DNA of 32,594 nt from Octopus bimaculoides (taxonomy: Eukaryota): contig NC_068983.1 in NCBI RefSeq assembly GCF_001194135.2, positions 71,450,980-71,483,573 of the forward strand, written 5' to 3'. Positions within the stretch are counted from its first letter, which is position 1; every line of letters begins with the position of its first letter. The notes under the pieces were generated by a model. It was given only the letters and a program-made list of their open reading frames with translations, did not search any database and had not been told where the DNA came from. The translations under genes and the position numbers were made by a program. Shown in pieces: positions 11,422-23,003 of this stretch.

Positions 11422-11455
11422 TAGTCGTTGTTTGACCGAGGTCAAACAATGACTA
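11422..11455. repeat. 34-bp near-perfect palindrome
   Basis: TAGTCGTTGTTTGACC-GA-GGTCAAACAATGACTA: 16-bp arms with one G-T pair. Confidence 0.9.
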
Positions 11456-12232
11456 CATCAAGCAGATAAATAAAATCTTTTAAAATTTCCACAAAGAATA
11501 AGGCCTTGAGCTTCACAAGAATTATGGAATTAGGGAATTCACGAAAGCCATTTAAATATTCGGAATAAGTAGCTAACTATAAAGGCCTATTTCTCACTTT
11601 AAAAATGTTCAGTTCACTATGAGATTTTATTAAAGCTGAAATGCTGAATAAATATTTTTTCCTGTAGCTCTGTATAGTTAAATTTCTTTCGTTTTCTTCG
11701 TTTTATTTATTTTTTTTATTTCCATGCAATATTTGATACGATAAACATTGTTCGGGAACTCTTTAAAATTGCTCGGAAACTTCTTTGACGTAGAAAAGTA
11801 AATTAATGCATATTTAATAACATCCATTATAAATATTTTCGAAAAATAAAAGCTGCGGAAAAATATATTCCAATGTATGCAAACGTTCATAAAATTATTT
11901 TTAGTAGGGAAACAGTAACAAACACAGCCGTAATGCAACTATCGAATCGATGATGGGGTCTATATATGTGCTCTCTGGATCTACTAGAAATAGCAGTCGT
12001 ATTTCCCTAAAATGACAGTCAACTAGCCTTAATAAAAGAATGATATTAGGAAGTGTACTGATAGAAATACAAGTAGACGGGGTCATCAAAGCTGAAACCT
12101 CAGTTCTGAAATTTTCAGGGACCAAAGAACAACGCCATCACCACTACCACCAATATTAACAACAATAACATTGCAATATCATGAATGGAAATAGAGTTAC
12201 CACTTTGGATCCATGCATTTGAATCCCTTTCT

Positions 12233-12269
<37 letters not shown>

Positions 12270-12307
12270 GACACACACACATACTATGTATATATATATA
12301 TATATAT

Positions 12308-12555
12308 GCCCGAAGCTCGTCGAAACGCCGGTGTTAAAACGTGGGTAGCTGATGAAGTAGAATGTTCTCTATGTGGCTCGTGTGTTCTCGTCTACGTTTG
12401 TTTGCAATGTCCTGTACCCAGATATGCACCTATACATACAGGTGGATGTCGGTATGCACATACCTGTACGTATATATGCATATACTCATTTACTTTTGTT
12501 TTTACATGATTGAACGCAGCGTCTCACAAAAATTGTAAGTAGTTTTCGTAAACTT
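12308..12555. mobile_element. Dispersed repeat related to 7573-7750 (PLE terminal-repeat-like)
   Basis: Shares motifs with 7605-7655. Flanked by (TA)n on the left and an N38 gap (12556-12593) on the right. Confidence 0.4.
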
Positions 12556-12593
12556 NNNNNNNNNNNNNNNNNNNNNNNNNNNNNNNNNNNNNN

Positions 12594-12632
<39 letters not shown>

Positions 12633-12769
12633 CATATGTATATATACGTGTGCGTGTGTGTGTGCGTGCGTGTGTATATGTGTGTGGTGGAGGTGGATGC
12701 GAGAATGTAATATCTTATAGAATTAACTACTGCTTGCTTTGCATGCTTAAACTACAATGCATAATTTCT

Positions 12770-14400
12770 TTCCTCTGTCCCAAAATCACAAAGCTTGGTA
12801 TTTAGACATTCATTTTATTGAAGTCCTTAACAAAAATATCCTACCCACGTTCTATCAAAGTAGATATGATTTTGCCCACCGTATCACTGTAACTTCTTAT
12901 ACCTATATCCCCATGATCATTCTTTCAATGGATTCCGTATGTTGTTCTAAGCATGGGATCATGTGTTATGGGTAGATAAACCATGTATTTTTCGGACAAT
13001 TATTTATTATGGTGGTTTTCCAACATCCTTCTTTCCTACTTCTGTATTGCAAAACTATACTCTTCAAAATGGGGGTTTATATTCTTGTTATTCCAGTATA
13101 GACTACTCTGACTGTAAATGCTATCGGCACTTTGAATCTTTTTAGGAATACTGTCATGCATAAACCTTTTGTTGATAGTCTATAGCTTCTTTACTGATGA
13201 CCGGTACACTTAGGGAATACTTTCCAAGAAACTCCTTTGATGTTATCTGCTTCATGTATGTAGATTTATTCAATGACTGGTGTTTTTATATTTAGCTGTT
13301 AGTAGTTGTTGTAGGGAATAATTTGGAATTCAAAAGTTGGTTTGATCGATATCAAACCTTTGCCGATTTGTTTGCTTTTTAAGTGAAAAAGATCTCCATC
13401 ATTGTTGATATGGAAATTCCTGCTATTGGTCAACAGCTTCCTGGCATTTGCATCAATAGCCCAAATCTCATATAGCATCCCATGAAGGAGTTCAAATGTT
13501 GGTATGAGTACGGGGATAGCAATCACATTGTGAGCTTAGGGTGTGCAGAAAGTTCTGAGGATCATATTTTCTTTCACCTTTTCTTTGCCTTCACTTTCAT
13601 TGTTATAGCTTCCATCACAGGAAATATATTCGTTCACCTTTAAGTACCCGTAGTACTCACCCAATATCGGAGAAATAGTCAGACCATTGATAGAATTGCT
13701 GCTAGATGGGATTGTAGTTCCCCTCGTTTTACAATTATATAAGAATATTTATTCTAGCCAAATTCCGTCTCTATATCTTTTAAGACTATCTCACCTAGAA
13801 CAAGATTTTCTTCATAGTGTTTATATTTTTAATATATATTTCTAGATTTTCCAGAGAGGAAGACTTTGTTATGGTAGTGGTGTTTCTGTCTACTTCAGAT
13901 CAACTACATACCTTTCAGATTTCCTTAACAAAAAAAAAAACAGTTGAGTTACTGAAAATATAAACAGCATCACAGAGAAAGTGTCAAGTTTCTTAAGTCA
14001 TTCCGTACAAATAACTGACACTCAGGCTTGCTCCTGGTGCTTTTCTATCCACGCAGGTTTTGAGTCACAGCTTCTTGGATCTCGCCATAGATACTGAGTA
14101 CTTTTGACTTTATACAATGACAATATTTTGTTTCGAATTTCTATTAACCACCCTGCACTCATTTGCTTTATTCCAGATTTTTCTCTAAGGTTACTGTATC
14201 TTCATGAGAAGAAACCTCTCTGACATTTATTGATTCTTCCCCCATATGCTGGTTAGTTTCTATTATTTTTCTGTTACTTCCATTTTCTCACAGCTTCTCT
14301 CTTCCTTGCTGGTGTTTTTCACTGACAAATTTTAGCGCCTCCTATTTGAGTTTGATTAATTTGTACACATGGTGTTATTTGTGCGGTATTTTCCTTTTGT
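12770..14400 (-). mobile_element. Decayed R4/Dong-type (RLE clade) non-LTR retrotransposon fragment
   Basis: Colinear degenerate motifs: AGWLIEI (pre-RT); DTFSVMLFIFSV (GDSLS motif); KDIETEFG*NKYSYIIVKRG; YYGYLKVNE; IAIPVLIPTF...IDANARKLLTNSRNFHINNDGDLFHLKSKQIGKGLISI; PHFEEYSFAIQ; YLPI.HD. Many stops, frameshifts and an internal deletion. Ends are approximate. Confidence 0.85.
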
Positions 14401-15599
14401 GGAATACAAAAACAACCATCACTATTCGAAAAAAATCCTACAACCTACTCTTCGTTTGCGTTCAACAAATGACGCTTATTGACATGATTGTTTTGTTGTA
14501 AAATAATTTAGTTCTGAGTAAAGTTTTTCCTAATATGATTTCGCTTTTTAGTACAACCGATACAGGGATCTTCTTTTACCATTTTATAGCAATTACATAA
14601 ATCCTCGAAAAATGCAATTTTAATATCAATTTCTTCAATAGATATAAACAAAAAGATTTTGTTTGTCTTTATTGACGATTTGCTTCAAGTTTTTTGCGCT
14701 TCTGTTCTTATTGCTGTTTCTTGCCCAGTTGATTTTAGTTGATTCACATATAGTACATTCACACTTGAGACGAGTATTTTGAATAAAAGGTTTCTTAAGA
14801 AGTATGAGAAATGTAACTTATTTATTTAACAAAGCGAATAGTTCAGAAATTAATATTAGAGAAGATACTCATCATATATTCAATGACTAGTTTCCAATGC
14901 CATATATGTGCCTGCTGTCATCAAGTGTCTGTTATTTGTGTATCTATGTATGTATGCTTGTATGTATTTATGCATGCATATGTGCATGTATGCATGCATG
15001 TATACATTAATGTATGTATGCATGCGTGCATGCATGAATGTATGTATCTATCTATCTATCATTGTGTAATATCTCAGAACAGGAACGTTTTAATTAAATG
15101 AATTTGGAACTGTACTAAACAAAATCATTAATTAGATAACGTTGATGTACAATATTTGCTTACATGAGCAATTTATTAGGGACTCTTAATCAATTTTTCG
15201 TGTGATAATCAAAGAAGAATTAAAAGATATATATATATATATGCATACATACATAAACGCTCCTTCTTCAATACCCTAACCTCCCCAGATCATCATCATT
15301 GTCGTCGTAGTCGTCGTCATCGTCGTCACTATGTTCCAGAGATGAAGATGATTATTATTTTCGCTTTTAAAATGAAAATTTAAGACAAAAATTTTAATAT
15401 CTGAAGCACTAATATAAATGTAACGTTTCCGTTTTGCGCCTTCATTCTCTACACATATGTGTATCACACATGCATACACACACACGTGCACATACATATA
15501 TGTGCGTATCTGTGTATGTATATACACATGTTCATTAATGTTTGTAGAAAGAGAGAGAGAGAGAGATGTGAGATGGGTTTACAGATTAATCCATCTACG

Positions 15600-16837
15600 C
15601 AGTTGAATTGAAAGCAATATACAATGACCTACAATAAGTTTATAGCCAGAGTAATAAAACACACCGTTAAACTTGTTATAACTTAATAACTACATGAAAA
15701 ATAATCCGAAATGAATGAAAGCTTATTTCAGTATTTTTAGACAGTCCTTTAAACATTAAGGTTTTTACTCGATCAATCATGGAGTTTATTAAATTTTCAA
15801 TGACAGTTTGGTTGATAATTTTTTCAACTCTGTAATTGGAGTAGTTTGTGATGTTCTTCTTCGAAATTTGTAATAAGTTGCTCCTAAGTGTGTTGTATTG
15901 GATTAAGATCAAAACTCTGAGAAACTTCATTTCAGAGATTCGATTCCGTCAGTTCATTTTCAAGTTTGCAATACTTTCATAGCATAGCATGGGGGCTCAG
16001 TATTTTTAAAATAGTGTGGTCTTCTTATCAGTCCCTACTTTGGAATAAATGGTTAATAGACCCTTTTCAAGTACTTGACAGCATTTTATACTACTTAGCT
16101 AATTTTCACCCAAAACTTAGCTCTAATCTACCTGCCCCGTACCATAACCCGATCTCTAACTATCCCACTCAAACAATTTGGTTCCGATATTTCAGTTTTG
16201 TAGTTCCACACTTACATCTACCTCGAACTAGAAAATTGAAAGAATTTGCTTTCGTCAGAGCATATTCTTGACGACCGAAAGTAGTCTACTTTGTTGCAGA
16301 ACTTCTTGATCCAGTTAAACCTTCTAGTCTTACATGGTTTTAAAATTATCGGCTTCTTTTTCGAAAATTTTTGTTCATATCCAAGATCTTTCAAAGCTGT
16401 TCTTACACAATATGCTGACATGTCCATAGAATTTGCAACCTCTCAAGCAATTTTCCGTCTATGTTTAATAGCTACATTCTTAGCTATTTTCCTTTCACTT
16501 ACAGAAATCTTCTATGGCCTCTCCTATAACTTTACGCGCAAGGCCCCTTCTTCAATCCACCTCTTCATTATCTTATTCTGAGTTTCATTATTAATGCCGA
16601 AAACTTCAGGTATTTTAAGATGACTTCGCTTTTAAATTCCCAGATACCTTTTTATTTATTTATTTTGGCCAGTGGTTTTTAGTGTTGCGTTTTATCAAAC
16701 TAATGTTTCCATCAAACCAAAAAGATGTATTGCATTCATATACGTAATTGTAAATAGGAGAAAGTATACTTAATGTTTAAAAAAAAAAGAATATGGAAAA
16801 TCTGCTGGGGTGACAGAAAACTTTCCATAAGTCACTG
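15600..16837 (-). mobile_element. Decayed Tc1-family DNA transposon (transposase pseudogene about 16700-15680)
   Basis: ORF piece VRTALKDLGYEQKFSKKKPII...RRFNWIKK...ICSDESKF; upstream RP*KISVSER; downstream YCQVLEKGLL and QSFDLNPIQH (SPDLNPIE with E>Q). TIR-like CAGTGACTTATGGAAAGTTTTCTGTCACCCC at 16837-16807. The left TIR is unclear. Confidence 0.85.
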
Positions 16838-17425
16838 CAGTAAATCATTTTAATGCATTATTACCATTTCTTCTAAATAGATATCCATGAGGTGTTCTAT
16901 AACAGTTCACAATTTGAATAATAAAAAAATCATTGTTATACAAACAGGCGTAAATTCAAGCAATGTTTTACAGCGGTGATGAATATGGACAAGGATTAAT
17001 TGAAATGTAATAAAGCTGAGCTTCCAGAGACGGAATCTACATGACACTCTGACTAGAGTTAAATGCGCTATTAAGTTTCTAACAAAATTCACTCAAAAAG
17101 TTGTTTGCAATGTAATGCGTTTTAGTACGCATCTATTCAATTTCGCTTTGTCGTAACTATTAATATCAATAGATATGTGTAATTGGTTGGATAGCTTTCC
17201 TTTGGGATTTCTCCCAGTACAGATCATTACGAATTTAGTGAGTAGTAACGTATTAACGTACGAAGGGGTGTTATTTAAGGCTGCTGATTTACATTTTCTT
17301 TTTTCTGCAGTTTTCTGACTTGAAATACATACATGCAGGCTTACATGCATGCATACATATACAAGTGCAAAGAGTACTTTCATAATTGGAACTCTAAATA
17401 AATAATATAGATATAGACACAGTCG

Positions 17426-17745
17426 TAAGAAGCTTGCTTCCAACCAAATGGCACCTTGGGCAAGTGCCTTCTGCTATAGCCTCGGGCCGACTAAAGTCTT
17501 ATGAGTGGATTTGGTAGACGGAAACTGAAAGAAGCCCATCGTATGCGTGTGCGCGCGTGTTTATCCCTCCACCATCGCTTGACAACTGATGCTAGTGTGT
17601 TTACGTCCCCGAAACATAGCGGTTCGGCAAAACAGACCAAGAGAATAAGTACTAGGCTTACAAAGAATAAGTCCTTGTTTCGATTTCTTCGACTAAAGGT
17701 GGTGCTCCAGCATGGCCGCAGTCAAAGGACTGAAACAAGTAAACG
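17426..17745 (+). mobile_element. tRNA-derived SINE, copy A (A-box missing, B-box segment deleted)
   Basis: Near-identical inverted copy at 22031-22351 and a related head at 23002-23157. Has a central microsatellite and an A-rich tail. Confidence 0.9.
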
Positions 17746-17769
17746 AATAAAAGAATATATGGAAACGAA

Positions 17770-17898
17770 TAAATGAATACATGGAGACGTACATACGTAT
17801 ATGTGTGCATGTATGAGCGTATGTATATATTTATATGCGCACAAACACACGCAGATACACACATATATATATATGCATATATCTACATATTTATACAC

Positions 17899-17938
<40 letters not shown>

Positions 17939-18109
17939 ATGTGTGTGTGTGTGCGCGCACACACATATATACATAGATAACATGTACATATGTATATATT
18001 TGTGCATATATAGATACACATATACATACGCACATACATGTACATTTGATGATAACAGTCTTACACACCTATAAATGTATATGAACACACACATACAACC
18101 GCGCGTGCA

Positions 18110-18142
<33 letters not shown>

Positions 18143-18150
18143 GTGTGTGT
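17770..18150. repeat. Compound (TA)/(TG)/(CA) microsatellite field
   Basis: Direct reading of the sequence. Confidence 0.9.
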
Positions 18151-18624
18151 AATGTATGCAAGTGGGCGTTATTTTACTGCGTATGAGATACATAATATTT
18201 TTGATACTTTTCAGTTTCCTGTAATGATATGGTTATGTGATAAACGCTATGATACAAACTGAACACATTATTGATTGATAATATGTGAAGTGCCTATTTT
18301 TACTTGTCAGTTCCCAAATGAGATAGTCTCATCAACGAGTTATCTCCAGTTGCTCTGTCAAATGTGTGACAATGATAGTTGTTATAGTCGTCGTCATATT
18401 CACTGTTGTTATTCTTATTTTTTTGTTTTTTACTATGTTACTTTGAATTAATATAAGGGTAGGCGATGTATGTGTAAGCATGTATATACGTGTGTGTGTA
18501 TATATATATATATAACTGGTGTCTTTCCCTTGTGTACATGTGTGCATGAGTATGTCTAACCTTGTGTGTGTGAATGCAAGTGTCATTTACGAAGTGTTTG
18601 ACTTCAACATGAATGCATGTAGTA

Positions 18625-18625
<1 letters not shown>

Positions 18626-18704
<79 letters not shown>
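18626..18704. repeat. (GT)n, about 39 units
   Basis: Pure GT tract; a (CT)n tract follows at about 18830-18925. Confidence 0.97.
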
Positions 18705-18706
<2 letters not shown>

Positions 18707-18890
18707 CTTTTTGCTGTCGTTGATAACGTGTGATTTCATTACGAAACAACCAGAGAAAGTACAGTATTTACAGACTGATATTTATATCTTTTGTTTTATT
18801 TTTATCTACTCTTCGAGTTTTTTTTCTTTACTCTCTTTCTCTCTCTCTCTCCTTCTCCCTTTCCCTCTTTCCCTTTCCCTCTCTTTCTCC

Positions 18891-18926
<36 letters not shown>

Positions 18927-19599
18927 TGCTCTTCAGTAATACTGTACCATTAAGTAAACATATATATTTAAGATTAGCTTGTAGTTTCTGAAATTACTGA
19001 GTACATTCGAATGAAACATGATTTGGCCTACACTGAGTTAATACTCAAAATATTTCTTACACTGGAAAGTATAATCATATGGAAGGTGAGAATGTTACGG
19101 TGGATGATGGTATATTGAACACATTTCAATGGCGTGTCTAATTTTAATAGAAGATCCTAAAATAATGTGGTTTAGTTTTATTTTGTTTAAAATTATTTTT
19201 CTTTCGTTTATGCTAAATAATTCTGGACACTTTTTTTTTTTTTTGACAAGTAACATTCTTATTATAAGTGAACACACACAAAAAACACAATTTCAAAAAA
19301 TGGGGTCGGGTTTATACTATATCATTTGATAAACTATATTCTGAGAGAATGAGGAACAAACTCTACTCTAGTGTAACTTAGATGCAAAAACATACATGGA
19401 TTGAACTGAAATATTGATCAAATCACAAAGCCTTTTAAATTAAACTGAGTCGACAGAAACTGCGCGGATGGACCCCACTTGTTCTGACAGGACTGTCCGA
19501 TGTAAGTAAAATTCGACTAAACCATCAGGTATACCAATTCTTGAGTGGTAGCCATAACTCTTTGTTTAGTGTAACACTCCTACCTGGCCCTCGATTTAC

Positions 19600-19682
19600 C
19601 TTTAGCGATATCTACATTCTTGCAAGCATTTGGACCAGACTTCGCATGTTTCCGTACCTTACTGTCACCAGTCTCAAAGACC
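19600..19682 (-). CDS. Candidate coding exon 2 (83 nt) of a putative secreted protein
   Basis: Acceptor tactttgcAG|G and donor AAG|GTAAAT. Frame (L)VFETGDSKVRKHAKSGPNACKNVDIAK(G) is phase-compatible with 23745-23702. Locally raised GC. Confidence 0.4.
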
Positions 19683-20359
19683 CTGCAAAGTACAATGGAT
19701 GCCACTCTGCTTCTGCTTATTAAGCCATTAAATAGAAATTATAAGAAATATTTATTGATAAAATTGCTTAATGTCTGTTTTAGAATATTTAATAACATTT
19801 TAGATTAATCAAAATGATTGATACCTCACACTTGCATATTTTTTTTCCTAAGGCTAAAAACGTACCCTTTTTTTAATTAAAAATCTATCAAAATGCACAT
19901 TCTTTAAAAAATTAAAGAATTGTAATCCAATGATCTAGACTTCCATTATATGACATAGATATTCGATCTTCATTTGATAAATATGTTTGAGTCGATTTAA
20001 TCAATCGTTCATTCCGCTACATTTATGACCTAATGCCAGTATCAGATATTATTGTTTTCTTTTTTTTTTTTCAGAAATACATAGATTGTTTATTTGTTCG
20101 AAAATATTTACCCATTGGAAAACGGGTATAAATGCAAAAGAATAACAAACGCTGTGTGAGAATTCACTAAGAATATTTACAAATTGCAGCTAATTTCTGA
20201 AACAGGCCAATGTCTATTCTAACGATAATGTTTTCAAGTGAACAAATTTAAAACAGACAACAGACAATAAATAACAGATGTTTTGGCAGACAACATTTAT
20301 GTTGATGCGATGTTCAGTTTACATCTGCATTACAGTATAATTATTTTGTATTCCTCTGT

Positions 20360-20960
20360 CGATAATTTTTGCCATGGTAAAGGATATCAGAATACCTGTT
20401 GCTATTTGGCAGTCTCTATGTATGCTACATGTCATTCTCAAAAACAAGTCGAGATTCATATGCGTACCACAGAGCTTTATTCCTCAAGAAGTTGAAATTG
20501 GGTAGCTATGCTTATGTAAAGTAGTTTTGCTGCGTTAATTTTTTGCCAGTTATGTTTCATCGAGTATAGTGTATGACATACTGAATCACTGTCGTATTTT
20601 GTTTCAGAATACATACCAAAAACAGTAACATTTGCCTTCTTCGTTGTTGAAATGTTGATTTTCCTGTCAATATATATAGTAGTACTAGCCTGTTCTTGTA
20701 ACGCGAATCTAATCAGCTTTTCTGTCTCTCGTATCAAATTCCCGTCCGTCAACCAGAGCCAGCGATCTTTACTTCCGACATTCTGGGCTTATTGCATGAA
20801 TTGGTCATGTAGTTCCATTTCTTTCCATCTGTTTTATTTGTTGTCTTTTCTTTTCTCTTTGAATTTTCCTACTGTTTCGGTTACTTTTCAAGTATTTCTG
20901 GTTGCCGGTAGTATTCTTTCTTTACTATCGCCACATGAGGAATACATTTCATGGACAGAG
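20360..20960 (-). mobile_element. Second decayed R4/Dong-type LINE fragment (post-RT, zinc-knuckle and RLE approach)
   Basis: RWKEMELHDQF...DRWLWLTDGNLIRETEKLIRFALQEQASTTIYIDRKI...ET, then WYAYESRLVFEND. These match the W..K.LHGQF / L..ETE..I.A.Q.QA / WY.H.P..V.EN motifs. Confidence 0.8.
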
Positions 20961-21096
20961 AGACCCAGTTAATTCCCTACTTAATCCCAGTTTATCCTCT
21001 TTATCCAACAGTCGAATGGGTTGAGAGCAACGTTATCAAGATGAACAAGCATATAAAACTTGATCTTGCATTGTTTACTTACGCCTGTCAATGCAG

Positions 21097-21243
21097 ATGT
21101 TTGTGCAGCAAATTATATTATCCTGGGGTGCTTTATTAATACTTATAATTTTGGTATTAGCGGATGCATTTCTGACACCGAAATAGATTTATCCAGTCAT
21201 TATAATGTACTTCCTAAGGATTGCGAGGGTAGAGAAAAAGGAG
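21097..21243 (+). CDS. Candidate Cys-containing symmetrical exon (147 nt, phase 1-1)
   Basis: tcaatgcAG acceptor and GAG|GTAAGA donor. Reads (D)VCAANYIILGCFINTYNFGISGCISDTEIDLSSHYNVLPKDCEGREKG. No homology recognised. Confidence 0.2.
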
Positions 21244-22030
21244 GTAAGATCATTTTAGTTCCTAAGATTAAAGTTGGCTATTTAGCTAGCATTAATTGTT
21301 TTGAAATAATTTCAGTTAAATTTTCTATGGATATAAATTTCAGCATATTATTACGGTTTACATATCTCCTAGTAACTATTATAGCAACTTTGTGATACAG
21401 CTTCAAAATAATTTCGGTTCATTGGGACAGAAAACTTTTCAGATATAACACTGGAAGGTTCGCTTTTCCCGGTATTGAGAAACTGATCCAGATAATGGTA
21501 ATGGACGCGATTCTGATTTCTTTAACTTTCCTGTTGTGAGAGGATTAAGCCTAGTAATACTGGAGTAAATACAAGAGGAGAATATTTTAAATATAATCCT
21601 AAAGTCTCCAGACATACGTTTATCGATAAGTCCGAAGTATTACCACCTTTATATTCAAATAAACATTGATCAACAGAGTGTGAAATTAAAAGCAATATGA
21701 AAATAAACGAAGAAAAGTTAAGACATATCAGAAACAGCATTTATGATTAAGAAATAGATATTGTAGTAAATTTATTTGGAGAGAAACTTCCCCATAATTT
21801 AAGAACGCAGCTTATATGTATAATTGCTTTGTAGACGAAAATCAAGTTGACTGCAAATTATGTAGCATAAAGTACATAAAGCCATAAATTGCCATTGAAG
21901 GTATTACTGAAAGATCAACTTAATTTTCAAAATATATTCAAGAACTTCAGCAGAAAATTTATAGAATATTATAATGATACAGAAAATTCAGCCACATAAG
22001 AATTTGGAGCATTTATTCTTTTATTTTTTT

Positions 22031-22351
22031 TACTGGTTTCAGTCATTTGACTGCGGCCATGCTGGAGCACCGTCTTTAGTCGAACAAATCACTCCAGGGC
22101 TTATTCTTTGTAAGCCTAGTACTTATTCTCTTGGTCTGTTTTGCCGAACCGCTATGTTTCGGGGACGTAAACACACTAGCATCGGTTGTCAATCGATGGT
22201 GGAGGGTTAAACACACGCGAGCGCGCGAGCGCACACTCGATGGGCTTCTTTCAGTTTCCGTCTACCAAATCCACTCACAAGACTTTAGTCGGCCCGAGGC
22301 TATAGCAGAAGACACTTGCCCAAGGTGCCATTTGGTTGGAAGCAAGCTTCT
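22031..22351 (-). mobile_element. tRNA-derived SINE, copy B (same B-box deletion as copy A)
   Basis: Reverse complement matches 17427-17742. Confidence 0.9.
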
Positions 22352-22492
22352 TTGTAAGCCTAGTACTTATTCTCTTGGTCCCTTTTGCCGAGCCGCTATG
22401 TTATAGGGACATAAACACACCAGCATCGGTTCTCAAGCGATGGTGGGGAAACAAACACAAACACAAACATATGCATATATATATATATATAT

Positions 22493-22960
22493 AGGCTATG
22501 AGAGGTAATGGTGTCAGTAAGACCCAAAGGTGTCAAGTAATGCTGAGTAAGTGCTATGGATAGACCATAGTTAAGCTCCAGGTTCGGTGATAATGCGAAT
22601 AAGGAGTCAAACGTAGGTCATATATCAGCGTATGTTTTTTTTCAGAATGAGATTAAAAATCAAGGCAGTGAAGATTTTACCTTGTGAGTAAGGTATTGGA
22701 ATCCTATATGTACATCATTCTGCCTAAATAATGGATCTACGAATGCAATATCCCTGCATATCTCACATCTATTTTCATCCCTCCACTTCACTCACTATTT
22801 CGCATCTTATCTAAATTAACTATTGCTTAACTATTTTCTCACACCATCTCCGATGAAGGGATCTAATAAATATCCTGGAAACAGATGTAAAACCTTCTAT
22901 TTATAAATGTTCTAAAATCTTCACTGCCTTGGTTTTTAATCTCATTCTGAAAAACATTTT

Positions 22961-22962
<2 letters not shown>
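22493..22962 (+). mobile_element. Insertion flanked by (TA)n: Penelope-like terminal-repeat cassette with 42-bp inverted repeats
   Basis: 22638-22679 matches the reverse complement of 22913-22954 at 41/42 positions. The hammerhead-like core lies between the arms. Confidence 0.6.
22843..22896 (+). ncRNA. Decayed minimal type I hammerhead ribozyme
   Basis: CCGAUGA (22850-56), A, GGGAU-loop-AUCCU, G, GAAA, C-agau-GUA, with a mismatched stem I (AUCU/AAAC). Confidence 0.5.

Positions 22963-23003
<41 letters not shown>

Noticed and set aside
19457-19501. Plus-strand mini-exon KLRGWTPLVLTGLSD with a GTAAGT donor (ankyrin-like GWTPL)
   Set aside because: The acceptor lacks a pyrimidine tract, the rest of the ankyrin motif is absent, and no linkable exons were found.
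22646-22683. Apparent 38-nt plus-strand exon with a strong acceptor and donor
   Set aside because: It is the left arm of the 42-bp inverted repeat of the mobile cassette.
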